Assembly: GCA_907165135.1 (NCBI GenBank)
Contig: OU015569.1
Span: 4,650,001-4,714,000, forward strand
DNA length: 64,000 nt
Origin: Oikopleura dioica
Lineage: Eukaryota; Animalia; Chordata
Reading direction: 5' to 3'
Shown: positions 1-13,115 of the stretch, one piece after another
Layout: the number at the start of each line of letters is the position of its first letter
How positions within the stretch are numbered: the stretch's first letter is position 1
Translations under genes and position numbers: made by a program
Notes under the pieces: model-generated
Databases searched by the model: none
Seen by the model: the letters and a program-made list of their open reading frames with translations, nothing else
What the model was told of the DNA's origin: nothing

Positions 1-3000
1 AGCTTATCAGAGAACACAAAGCGGATATCGCCATTGCCCATAATAACTCGTTCTAAGAAGGGATAGATGCCTTCGGACTAGAGCCGGGCGCGATTGGGAC
101 ATTCCAGCGTTTCCGGTTGACTTGTTTAGACAAATTTGCAGGATTATCTACTCATTGCGCTAAATATTTGGACGCGTTGCCGGACACTTTCGATGAGCAA
201 CGCTCGGCAACTTCCAAGCGCTCCGTGGTTGAAGATACGCCACACCTGAGACTCCCTCTTTTTCAGTTTTTTTTTTTTGAAACGTTATCTGGTCTTTTTA
301 TCGGGCGCGCAGATACCCTGCTTCTAAAGACAATCTAGCTCGCCCTTCCTAATCCTGTGGCTAAGGCCGCTCTTAACTTGTGCTCTGAAAAAACTACGCG
401 TTTTGTTCCTAAAATCACATAACAGCATTCACACGATTCACAAGCCCTCTGGAAAGATGACATGCTCCCCTGCTCCTTTCTCAAGAATCTGAAAAATTAG
501 AAATCGAATCAAGAATTTCAGAGCTTTGATTGTAGCCGGGCTTGTAGTACCTCGTACTTGAGACAATTAGACGACCTGGCGAGCCCGCAGAACCCAATTC
601 CGCGGCTCGCTCCGGCCTGCCTAACAGTCTCGGCTCAATTTGAAACCACAGCCAAGAAAAGACGAAATTCGCAAATGATGTTCGCTTTTATACCACTGCT
701 TGTTAGCCCGCGTTCGTACCTACAACTCGCCTTCAAAAGGCCACAGCGGTGCACCTGGACGCGCTCAGGGGTTAAAGGTTTCTCAGCTGAGAGATTACGA
801 GTGTTTCTTCCCCAGTATCACTTCCAGTGCTGTTCCATCTAAGTGCCTGTTGAAGTTCAATTTCCGAAAATCCAGCTGCGCCATAAAAAGGTCGAAAGTT
901 GGCCAAACCAGGCTCATAAATCACCCGCGCTCCCACCATTCCCAAGAGCACTAAGAAAATTTGGGCACCTGGGCGGAAATGGCCTCAGGAGGCCGCAATC
1001 GGAAATGTGAGGCTCTATCGCTTCACGCTGATTTTATGGCTGCGGCGATATTTCGCGACGTTCAATTAACAAAAGCATAGTACCCCCTTATGGCTTTGAA
1101 TTTTTAATCTGCATCCGTTGAGCCCCCCTTTCTCGATTATCTGGGCTAAGCTGCGTGCTGCGGGCGACTTGGCGCTGAGCGATTCAGGTCTCTGCTGGAT
1201 TGATGAATTTCCGACAAAAACGAAAGAAAAACGCAAAAATGGCTCCGCAAGGCCGATTAGTTTCACCCGATTTAGGTTTCAGCGCTTTTCTTTGCCATTT
1301 GTGAACTCATTTACTTTTACCAATATTTCTCATTTCTAAACGCTTTTGAACACACAATTGCTTTCTAAAGTAAAAGACACAAAAGTCGGCTTAGACTGTA
1401 ACTCTTACAGTCGCTAGTTTTGCTTTGCTTCCTTGTACCGGTTGTTATTTGGACTGTTGCTTCTTGCATGCTGTATGCATATTATCCGTAAGTTGGAAAT
1501 AACTTGAGTAGGTGAAATTCGCCGCTAGAAGGTCGGCTTAGCTCGCAACAGAGCTCGCCCTGTCTTAGGGTCGAGGGTTGCGTTTGTATTGGCAATCGGC
1601 GATAAAGAGTCACAATTTCTGTTTCCAAACAAGGAGAAAGGCCCGATACTATCGCCGTGCAAGATGGAGGGGAGCGTTGTTTAGAATATGCTATTTTGAT
1701 TGGTAAACAGTAAATCTATCTCTCGAATCAACACAAGTGTAAACAGCTCTGCAGGAAATAAAGAGCGATAAGAGCGACTTCCAGTCGCTGGATTCCGTGA
1801 TTTCTTGAATATTTACTCTTAATTGCTGCCCCGTGAGAAGTTCGGCGCCGGCTTATATTTGGTTTTTACGGGAAAGAGGATATTCTAGCGCATGTATATG
1901 GATATGCAACTCGACAGGTGCAATCAGCTCGTGAATATTCGCAAAAATGATTTAGCAAAGAGAAAGTCACGCTGCTGCATTACAAGTGGATTACCCGATT
2001 ACTACTGTGAGATAGTTCCGCTACTGGCCGTGAGAAGCGTCGCATTCTGACCAAAACGAGGTCGATCCGATCTATAAGCTGGCTTGGGGTGCGCGATTAG
2101 CCCCGATATACCGATTTAAGCGGCCCTTTCATTACCCCAAAGCCCGTAAGTGTGAATCGGCACTGCTAGTTAAGTACATACACCGTTGCAGCCGCACAAA
2201 TCGCACTGAGCTCGTAACTCTTTAATGCCGCCGCTAGAGCTTTCTAGTCCTCCTTATCACGCAGATAGAGCAACAAGGCGCATCTATCTGCACTTATATA
2301 CATATTATCATTAAAAATATAGCGATCAAATTCTGGGAATCAAGCTTGGTAACGTTTTCGATAATTGAAAGAAGGCTCGCAAGTTTAGCCAGTTTATCGA
2401 GGTGGCAAGTCGGCTTAAATTTCATGAGAGAGAAGTTTTATAAATCGCGATAAGTTGGATTGGCGCTAATTGGAGGAAGTGGACACTTGAGTTGTTCCTG
2501 GATGCAATGTTGGTGTTTTGGACATAACCAGCTCACAAGTGTTGCTCGTCGAAAGAAATTGATAAGTGTAAATTTGGCGTTAGGTGCGAAGAAGTGTGTC
2601 TTATCGCGGAACGGGCAGAGGAGTACTTGGAGGGCGGTTTGTTTCAATAACACTTCTGCTCAGTGTGCACCCAAAGCAGGGCGAGCCCAAGAGATTCATT
2701 TTTATAATTTGGAATGTTAATTTGATTCCGGCCTTGTATATTTTATGTAACTCTCACTTTTCGCCCGAGTAAGTCCTGTCTCGATGAAAGCCTTTAAAAC
2801 AAGTAGAATGGCTTAACTATATAAGAAAATTAGGGTAGGTAGCCTGCTAGCTCTTTTGAAGAATGTTCCGCTTAGCGTGATCACGTGACACCTCAAAAAG
2901 CACGCCCGGTTTCAATTGAGGGATCAATTAGGGGCATCCCGACCAGTGACCACCTGCTAGCTAGTGGTCACTTGCCGAGCTTCAAAAATCCTCGAAATTT

Positions 3001-6000
3001 TTTGCAACATTCCAACTAATTAGAGCCCCAAATCGCGACACTTGGCCCCGCATGCTCAGCTGATCAAAATACCACATGAAGGAAATGCCTTGATACCACT
3101 TAATTAGCGAACCTGCTTGTTGAAAAGCTGCTCAGTTCAGTTCAAAGACCTCATTAACATTTTATCTTACAGATAACCTTTTTGCAGTTTGGTTAAATGA
3201 ATAAATGAGCGTAAATAGCAAAAGCTCGTTTTGGAGGCCGTATTGGATTTTACACGTCTTCAGTTAAAAAAAGACTCTGTTTTGTTATAGATTGACTTTT
3301 ATGGTTTTCCCATGAAATAAATATGCTGTAATCGATTAACGATATTGTCTATCCATGTGATTTTTTTTAATTATCAATTATTGTTATTACTAATTTATTT
3401 TAAAAATATACAATCAAGAACATTATAAGGTTTATTTACTAAAAGTACTCACCAATAAATGTGGAGAGCTTCATTCTTCGTCGCTTTAAGAATAGCTCGG
3501 ATTTCTTCGTTGAAAGTCTCTTGTTTCTTGAGTTTGTTTTTAAGCTTTTAATAAAACTGAGGAACGTTGATTTGTGGAATTTCCTATTCAATGTTTTCAG
3601 TTGTTGTGGGTAAAGGGGCGATTTCAGCGCGGTGCTAGCGCGTGCGTTCTCTTGGAGGTGGCGCGCGTGCGCGCGCTCGGTGGCGGACCTGCGCGTTATG
3701 GGGTTAAAGCGTCCGACTAGCGAGCCTAAACAGGGCTGGGTCGGATACCGTCTACAGGGAAAACATGTGTTCTAGGTTTTCGCCGGGGTCAAATGGCAAC
3801 TCGGCCGAGCCCTTGCGCAACAATGGAACAAGGAACATGCGCCCATGTGCCAAGAATGCCGCCGCTCGACACACTCAAACATCTACGCGCTCATCCGGCC
3901 GCCACAAACGTCCGACTGACGGAAGCAAAAAGTTTAATTGTCGAGCTGTTTGCCAAAGAAAGAGGCAACGGTAAGAAGCTGCACATAGTCCCGCTGCATT
4001 ATGAAGCAGATCAAGTGAAGAAACAAGGAGCCTATCGCGTCAAATAAATAATTATTAAGGCAACAAGGCTTATGCCGACTAGGAATTCATTTATGAGCCC
4101 TGAGTTGTCAGAGTTCGTGGTAAATTGACTTGAGTACCAGTAATTAAGAGCTCGTTTCCTTTTTTTACCGTCAGCTTTGCGGGAGGATATTGATATATTA
4201 TATATAGTTATTATTTAGCTTACGGAACGAAAAGAAAAGTTGGCTATTAAGGTGAGCCGGGATTAGAGCGGGGGCTTAGGAAAGGTGTTAATTACTTGCT
4301 CTGATTGTTAAATATCGTCGGTAATCTTCGATGACACGAGTTGACAACTGTCGGCAAAGGCCTTTTCGAAACGGCCGGACGCTGACATCTTCCGCCAAAT
4401 ATGAAAATATTCAATCCGTCAGCTGACCTCGCCAGATTGAATAAAAACAGTCATTTGACCAAGAACTGATTATGTACTTCGTAATTGGCGCTTTGAATTT
4501 ACTCGTAAATATTTTTGCTTCTTTGTTACAAAGCTACGATTTTTCTACGAATTTTTTATCCCTCCCTGTTTCGAGCTAAACAAATCAAAGAATGTTTTGG
4601 TTACTGCTCAGAAAAACCTCAAAACATAATGAAGGCGATGTTTTACTCCTTGCTTGCATATTGGGTAATTTTTTAGTAAATCAAGTCACAAATCTTTCTA
4701 TTTATAAAAAAAGGACCGCAGCGATAAAAAAAAACCCGTCTTATCCTCGCATATTATCTATAGTCTAACAAGTTTCAAAGCCTTGGTTGATTCGTGCGAA
4801 GGGGTTAAGAAAGGAAGCAAGCCTGGCTCTCCGGAAATTGCAAGGTTTTCAAGCGGGCAAGCTAGTTTTACAGTTATTAGGTTGATCCCGTCTTATTGCT
4901 CGAGTGGCGACAATTCGCTGCTAATCGTTTGAGTCTTCCGGAGTTCTGTTTCTGGCTGAGCAGGAAAAGGGTTAAACAAAATCGACTGTGCCCTGGCCGT
5001 GCGCCAGTCCCGCTCCCAGATGATCACACGAGTAAATAATGTTTAAAACGGGCACAACACAGTTTCTTCCATATTTTAATAAACCAGGACCACCTTCTCA
5101 TTTCCATAATGCAAGTTAATAGTGACAAGCTTGGGGGCGGCTCCACCACCGCCATCAAATGATTTTACGCTCGCCAAGGAAGGAATATATTTCGAGTAAT
5201 CTGCCAAAAGCCCGCCTCTCCCTGCTTACATGTATATTAGCCTTGTAATTTTTTTGCTTATTTCTGAAATGATATTTTCCTAATTCAATGTTTCTGAAAC
5301 GGGGCCAAAGGTGACATATGGGTCCGAGTTTTTAAACTGGTTTCGCTACATATTGCCCAGAGCGAGTTAATAGAGTCTGCATTTTGTAGAGCCGCATAAG
5401 TTCAACGGTAAATAATACAATTTTCCCTTGCTTCTTTCATTCCTCAATCTCCACTGCTCAAGTTTTGTTTGGGGCTGTTGGCAATGCACTCGGAAGTGCG
5501 TGAATATTTTCCTCCCTTATCGCCTCCGAATCGAAATCAGTTCCTGTGGAGGACTCGCCAAGGCGCCAATTTTCGAGCAACTCGGTGTCTCCTTCGTGCA
5601 CCGGCATCCTTCCAACTTTCTAAACAAGAATGTCTGCCAGTTCTTCTTTCTGAGTATTTGCCGGACTGCTCAAGTGGCGCGAATTTTCATTTTGCGGAAT
5701 CTGAGTTCGCCACTTTCCGAATCTTTTATCACAACCGCTTGCACTCGAGATCGGAGAGCTGATCCTCCCCTCCCCCAGAAATTCTGCCAGAAGATCAAAC
5801 GCACCCCGAAGATCGCTTTCGCGCAATTTGGGAGGAAGTCTCACACTCTCACTGCAAATTAAGTAACTCGTTTTTCTGACTAAGACTTATTTCCGAGAAG
5901 ATATCACTGGCAATTAGGGTCCTTTTTCTTTATAAAATTAAGCGATTTTTGTTTTGAGAAAATCACTTTTTCGCCCAAGAAGGTGTTGTTAGGAAGGAGC

Positions 6001-8483
6001 TCAGCTGGATGGATTTATTGTGCGTCGACACGCGCTGCTATTTACAGTAAACACTCGGGTACTTGTGAGGCTCTAAGGCTAATAAGGGTTGCCTGTCCAC
6101 TCCTTGCTCCACCTGTGCATAACCGAATTTGCACAACACTTGCAATTACATTTCAAATTAGCCAGTGAATGTTTTCTTCCAAACTTCTAGGCAGTTGGCA
6201 CACAGGATCAAAGCGCGCCGCAGCGAAGAGAAAACACGCACTGTATGATGATGGTCGGAATTATGCCCTCTTGCCAAGAAAAATTTATAATTCAGCTTCG
6301 GGGCACTCGAGGGCGCCATAAATTCCTCGTCTTCCTAGTTTTGACTTCGATGGAGATTTATTGAAGCCGATCAATGCCGGAATTGCGCTCCAACTTTATT
6401 ATTAATTCAAATTACAGTAGCATGCGTTTGGCATGGACACAGAAAGCTGCAATGCATTGAAGAAACGCGTCAATATCGTCCAAATGGGATCAATTGATTC
6501 AAGGCCCGCTCCTTGGGCAAACGAGGCGGAACTATGCAAAGCGCGTTTCTTAGAAGTCCGATTTTATAGCAGTCCGCCCACCGCAGCGATCAGCTCAGTC
6601 TGGACTTATTTACTCGCTTGTTAACTTTCAAGGCGCACACTTGGGACGAGCGCGGGCACATGTTCCGATTCTTTCGAACGCCCATAAGACAAATGCCAGT
6701 TTTTTATTCTTCGCATTAAACTAAGGCTCTGTTTCATCCCCTAATTTATGGATAAGATGACAAATACATATAAACAGATTGAATTGAAGGTGATTTTCGA
6801 ATTATAAAATAGCCGCACGCGACTTTTTCAAAATTTGTCTATACAGTTGTCTAACTTTTGATAAATACGCAGGAAAAGGTTAAACTTATACTTCGGAGGT
6901 TAATTGTAACATTTGAAAAGATCGCTAGGAAAAACCCGGGTTGAAAAGAAATTGCAGCGGAATTCACGCGGCATCTGCAAGTTTGCCATTAGAGGGGCCC
7001 GTGTTTAGGTTTGTGGAGCAGCCGAGATTTTGGTAGAATTAAAATTCCTCGGCTAATGAATACGGCGGGTGAGGTTTGCGAATCGCCGCGCAACGAGCTC
7101 ATTTTGCTCGGTTTGTTTGAACCTGATTGTGGTTAGTATTCGAGCGCCCCAATCACCCCGTAGCCGCGCGTGAAATTCTATACAAAATCCGGCCCCATCT
7201 GACGTTTACTAATTTCAACAACTTATTATCTAGTTAAATAGCGAGCCATAAACAACCCCGCCTTTCCATTCTGCATAATCGAACTTTCAATAATATCTAA
7301 ATCATCAACTTTTTCAGCAGAGATGCAAAAGCATGAGTAAAATTATCTTGAATAAAAGTCTCATGTCCGAAAATTGGCCGGTATTTGTTTAAAGGGTTAA
7401 CTTTATGTACGATTTACAGGGTTAGATCGATTGGGTGATTGGCGCGACCTTAATTTGTTGGTTAGTGGGTTGTTTACTTTGCATAGAATTGATGGCTTTG
7501 TCAAGAATGCAAACGGCGCAAAGCCGCAAAATATAAATTCCTGGGGTGTGTGCCCCAACGACGACGGAAACGATTAAAATGACCCCTTTCCCGGCGCCAG
7601 TTCGATGGTCTCCCGTCTATTGTAAATTCAATCTTTCCTCATAAATCGACGCCCGGCTCTCTTGAAATTATTAAAACAAACATAATTAACTCCAAGCTAG
7701 AAAGTAGATTCGCCATAATCGCATTGGCCTATTTCTTGTCCAAAATGAGCACCACTGGAAAAAAAGTATTTGAATCGCGGCGCTCCAAAGAGGCGATCTC
7801 GTTATCCAAAAAGAGCCACTTCCGAAGTTTTATTCACCTCAAATATTTATAAACTATTGACAGGTGCTCAGGCGAGATTGTCGAAATTGGATTTTTTGTA
7901 TTTTTACTTTTCATCAAAAGAACCACCACAACCACAGTAAATTGATCATATTTTTCCTCGCCCTGTTTTTTTTTCTGAATCGTGCCAAATATCTGGCCTC
8001 CAGATTCTGGAGTCTATTTAGGAATAAAGAAGATGTATAATTTGATAAGGGGTAGCTACAGATACTCATTACCTTAGCATTCAATCAGTTTAGCACTTGC
8101 GAAAACAAACAATACCACTCCCTTACGGTCATATTTAGTAGCATTCAAACTGAAGGAAACTAGCGCCTCTTTCCGGAGATCTTAGGATATGTCGGAGCCG
8201 AGCTAATCCCCAGGATATGATTCGTATAGGTCGCCTCATTGATAAAGTAGCACTTGAGCAAACATTTGATAATTTGAAATGTGAGCACTCGAGAAAACGG
8301 AAAGCGCGGCGCTTTTATCGCTAAATTTACTAAAAACAATTAAATCCCACTTGCGCTCGATCATAAACCCTTAACAGCACTCGAGCAAGTTGAAAGGCGA
8401 ACAGAAACTTGGCCTCTTTGTTTCTAAAAACAGAATTACCGAACCCTTTCTGCTTAGAGTTAACCCCGGTGTTGAAAATTTAA

Positions 8484-9165
8484 GGGATCCCCCCCCCGAT
8501 CCGAAAAATTTTCCCAAAAAGTATCGAGAGGTACATATTTGGATTCCTCGTGATCTGAGGGTCATTTTTTACTATAATATCAAGGGCCCTGGATCACGTG
8601 ATAACCCGTGACAGCGCTTTGAAATTGCATTATAATCTATACTTAGAGAAAATTTTCGATTTTTTCGAAATTTGTAAGTCTTGATAACGAGGCAAATAAG
8701 GGCTTATTTGAAAGCATATAACGCCCTTATCAAGAAAAAACTAGTTTTAGAGAAAAAAAATTATCACTTGGTGGTGCCAGAGAGCAAAAAGACTCCAAAA
8801 AATGGCTAAAATTACGGCCGAAAGTTTTACAACGAGAAAAATTTTGTCTACTTTTTCAATCATCATGAACATGCATGCAAATGTAGCCGAGGGTCTTAAC
8901 TTTATAAAAATCAAGAGATTTTGGGAATTCAAAAGGCCAAAAAAAAGTAGATACAACTTGAAGTTGGCCCAAAATGGCCATTTTTGCCAACTTAAGTCAC
9001 TTAAGAGGCATCAAATGCATAAGTGAATGTTAGAACCTAGGGCTTATCATGCATGCGTTTGTTCAGTAAAAAACGGGCTTTAATCTGCGCCCAAAATCAG
9101 CCTCATACGTAAGGCGAGAAAAAAGTAGATACGGGTCAAAGTTCAGGAAATTTGGGGGGGATCCC
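8484..9165. mobile_element. Non-autonomous MITE (682 bp) with TTAA TSD, Kolobok-like termini
   Basis: 12-bp TIR GGGATCCCCCCC (8484-8495) / GGGGGGGATCCC (9154-9165), flanked by TTAA on both sides (8480-8483, 9166-9169). No coding capacity. Internal direct repeat AAAAAAGTAGATAC near 8941 and 9119. Confidence 0.8.
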
Positions 9166-10228
9166 TTAAAATATAATTATTCTTTTATTCCAAGCCGACG
9201 CGCGGCTCCGTGAAAAAAAAAGCCGCGTTGGATTCTCTTATAGAAAGAGATCATTTATTCGTTTTTATATATTTTCCGGAAGTGGCTGGTTGCTTTAATT
9301 AAACAATTTTTGAGGGAAATCAAAGCTGTTTTATTTACAAGGGAGAACGCGTAAATACAAATGCTCGTCATAAATATTTTGGCGGAGAGTTACAAGCCTA
9401 ATCCCTTCCCGAGTAAACACGAGCGTCTGTGGATATACACATTATAGAATGCGGCGCAGATGGGGCCAACAACATGAAATTGTATTTGAAGTCGTTTACA
9501 GCTTGTTGTGAGTCTCGGAGAAAAGATTCTAGGGGCACGTGTTAACCGCCTTGTCCTGTAGCTGGCTAAATATTTAGGAATCCTTCGCTACCCTGCTGGA
9601 AAGGCGGCGCATTCCGAGAACGCGCGACCGCCAACGAGGCGAGCGGCAATTGTGGCAGAAATTGTACCGCACGGTTAGACGCTAATTTTCAACGACATGC
9701 AAGTACCGCTCCCGCACGTTCCAAGGAAAGGCCTTGTCATGAGGCCACATCCAACAGCTACCGGCAAAGGTCCTAAACAATTTAGCTGATATAGTCATAT
9801 TATATGAGTAAATTCACATAAGAAAAAGCTGCAGAAGAAAAACAGTTCTTAAAAGTTGTTGTAAAAATCGTGAGTCTCTAGAATCAAAAATGTTGTCTGT
9901 CCTTTTTTCCGAATTTTATCAGTCTTCAGGATTTTCCCAGTCTGAGAATATCAATATCCTAGGTAAATAGCTGACTTTAAAGAAAAGGAGAAAATTAGAC
10001 ACTTTTTTAGAGAACAAGTCGCAGACCTGATCGGCAAAACCGTCAAATGTGCTGACCAAACAGTCAAAGAGACGACCTACAGAGAAAAATTTCTCCTGAA
10101 TAAAATCAATTTGTATATTTATCGTTGTGTATTTGTTTCAAGAGGTTGAATCGTAGAAAAACATGGTTGGCTGAGTCAATTGTAGTCGGTGGTAGTAGAG
10201 AGGTTAGAAGTTTGTTCGAAAGTGGCAA

Positions 10229-11929
10229 CTAGTACACTTCGCTGGAGCATTTGATGTGGCTTCGTTGGTACCACATTTCGGCGATTCGAGAGTTGAAATC
10301 TTAAAGATGCGAGCTTGGCAAAGTAGCATCAGATACCTTTAATGTTCTTTCCAAAGCGATCACTTGTGTAAACTTCTTTGTTCTCACTGGGAACACAATT
10401 ATTTTTATGCAGAATCAGGGGTTTGCTGCACCAGGCTACTCGTAACTCTCCAATAGCATCGATAAAGAACTCACGATGTCCTTTATTTTCGAATTCTGGG
10501 TCTTAAAAAACATAGGTTATCGAAAGGTGATTTCGCTGATTTTGATTTACCGAAGCGAATTTTTCCAACAGTATTTGTGCGAGCAAGGAAAAAGTTTTCA
10601 ATAACATCGACAACCTGGCATTCCTGCTCAAAGCCAGGTAAGTCGAAGTTTCTGTATCTTTTTCGGCGAAAACAGTAACCATCGTTTCCTGATCGTATGT
10701 CGATAAAGTCTTCTTTCGCCCAGCCACCTCGGACATGACTTAAAAATTATATTCAAGTACCGTCTTATTTACAGTAGTTAACATACTTGTCTAACGCGCC
10801 ACCAATAATGTCGAAACCTGTGCTTTCAGCAACATAAACCATATATTTCAAGTCTGTTTCTTTCGAAAAGACGAAGTCGTCGTCAACCCAGAGATAGAAT
10901 TGAGTGCGCACTTGGCTTTGCGCTAGTGCCCTTCCTGCAAACCAGCCTTCTTTTTCTGGCATTTTGTATTGTTTCACGTTTGTTGACGAACTCCTGATCT
11001 GCTCGAACTTGCTGTCGGGATTGTCGTCGGCCACGATTACAGTGATCCCCGGATAAAACTGACCGATCGACTCGATTAGCCTTTTTAGGCAAGGGTAGCG
11101 GAGATAAGTTTTTGTGATCACAGTAACTCTATCAATGATGGCCTCTGTTTTTCGCTGAGTGAGAACAGGTATTTTTGTTCTTTCAATCGTCACTGGAAAT
11201 CGAATCTTGAAGCTGACCTCTCCAGTCACTTCTAAAGTAACAATGTCTTCTAGCTTTCTGCCGTCGTAGATTTGCGGAATGTATTTTGTTTCTTGAAGTT
11301 TCGCGTTAAAATCTTCAACAGTGATTTTCTGATTGAAGGTGGAATGATGCTCGTCTTGAATTTCGAATGTCGAGAAGAGAGGGCAGTCGATGATGCCAAA
11401 ATAGGATGAAAACTTGGCGTTTATTTCTTTTGTTGGAGAATCAGTGATTTTGATTTTTAATTTTACTGATTCAAACGGCTGGACTTTATATCCACTTGAG
11501 ACGAATTCAACTGGCAAATTTGAAGGCGTCATTAAAACAGCTGGTTTAGCAATTTGAAAGAAGTTGTCTCGCTCCCATAATCTGTGATCATGAAGATGAA
11601 CTTCTGATCGATGGCCGGTAAAGCGTTCTTTTCCGCACTCACAATTTTCATGCTCGTTTTTCTTCGTTGCAAAGATATCGGGTATTTTCCTCGACCACGG
11701 TCTCAGCTTTGACGGCTCTATAATTTCGTATTCCAGAATATTTAAACTCGATTCGTCGCTCTGTTTTCTGTAATTATAGAGATCTTGCGTACTCGGATTG
11801 TAGTCAAACATCCCTTTCAAAGATTTACAATTCAGATTTGATAAAAATTATGCTCTGGCTTTTGTAAATCATTCCTGGAAAACATGTTCCCAAAATGAAG
11901 CTAGCTAACAACAAGAAGTATTCTCTCAT
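10229..11929 (-). CDS. Beta-1,4-N-acetylgalactosaminyltransferase (B4GALNT1/2-like, GT-A family), spliced
   Basis: ORF 10765-11820 carries VTVITKTYLRYPCL, VIVADD, GWFAGRALAQSQVRT and YLWVDDDFVF. Spliced downstream exons give VVDVIENFFLART, DPEFENKGHREFFIDAIGELRVAWC and MWYQRSHIKCSSEVY*. N-terminal hydrophobic anchor MREYFLLLASFILGTC. Confidence 0.9.
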
Positions 11930-13115
11930 TTTTAGATTTTTACGAAAGTTCTCTTTTTAGTTGATTTGAAAAAAAAAACGCCGGATTCTGAACGTATACT
12001 CTGAGACGCCCGAAAATTCTAAATCTGTCACATCGGCGAATTTGCCTTTCTCCGGCATTTTTATCAGAGAATCTGCGCTCAGGATATGTCTAAAGAGAAA
12101 GTTGAAATATCATCATAAAGCAGGATCAAATTTAAATATTTTCATTTTTACTTGAATAGTTGCTAATGAGGCTTTTTAGAATAGCCATAGATTCCTTTCT
12201 ATGATGAATTTCCCAAGTCTGTAATCATAAATAAAACGCGGCGGCTCCGAAATTCCGCGGTCGTTTTTCTGTGATGCTTCTCCAATCCTCCGTAATCAGC
12301 GCGAGTAATAAACTCTCCAAACTGTGGTTATTTGCCGAAAACATCATTTACGGTCTTGCTGGCATCAATTTTTTGAAGAAGCGCCCGGGACAAATCCTGA
12401 TAAGCTCGTTTGCGGATAAATATGCTTCTGAGGGATCTAGGCCCTTTTTATTGATGATCGCTTGTGGCAACAAACTTAGACTAGATAAGTATGAAGTGTT
12501 CCCTTAAATCCGCCTTTATGGATGTCAAGTTTTCCGTGTTGGAAAAGGCGTTTACTTTATTAAACTTTATTCTACTCAAGCTGTGATGGGCGATCATCTC
12601 CCATGACTTCCTAAATTAAGGAAAAAAAACTCGATCGATCAACTGACAATTTATATTTAACATTCTCAGCCAGAGTAACAAAATAGCCCCTTTGTTTCTG
12701 ATGATATTTGAATTCGCCGAATTGAGGACTTGTTGATTTGCAAAGTGCGTGCAAACATCGCATCCTTTGTTGGCCTCTTAAAAGCGTACCCACGTCGAAC
12801 TCACGTCTAATCATCCCTTTTTTCCTGACGTCATCTGGGCTTCCTAAGTATTAATGAAACCCACGCGATTGATGGAAACATGATTTTTTGCTTAGAACCA
12901 ACAATAATTTGTTCTGATTGAGGATCCACCGACTGTTGTCAAAGGAAAATATGCTGATAATATTTTTCTGCGAAAAAAGCACGTGAAAAGCATTATTCTG
13001 AGAGTTTTTCAGATAGCTGTTACGCCCTGCGGCAGACATTCAAGGCTGAATCTAGCGCGCTCGCATCCTCAGAACATCCATCCTTGAAGAGGACGAAAGA
13101 CGAAAAATTAAAAAT

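Noticed and set aside
636-650. W-F-Q on the minus strand as a homeobox helix 3
   Set aside because: It continues I-E-P-R rather than N-R-R, and there is no upstream homeodomain pattern.
3765-4047. Possible isolated exon 3776-3970 (AG...GTAAG)
   Set aside because: Two frames are open, neither is recognisable, and no partner exons were found.
5428-5862. Overlapping ORFs at 5.4-5.9 kb, including frames that stay open past an in-frame stop (possible readthrough or selenocysteine)
   Set aside because: No recognisable domain, no consistent splice path and no SECIS-like structure identified. Left unresolved.
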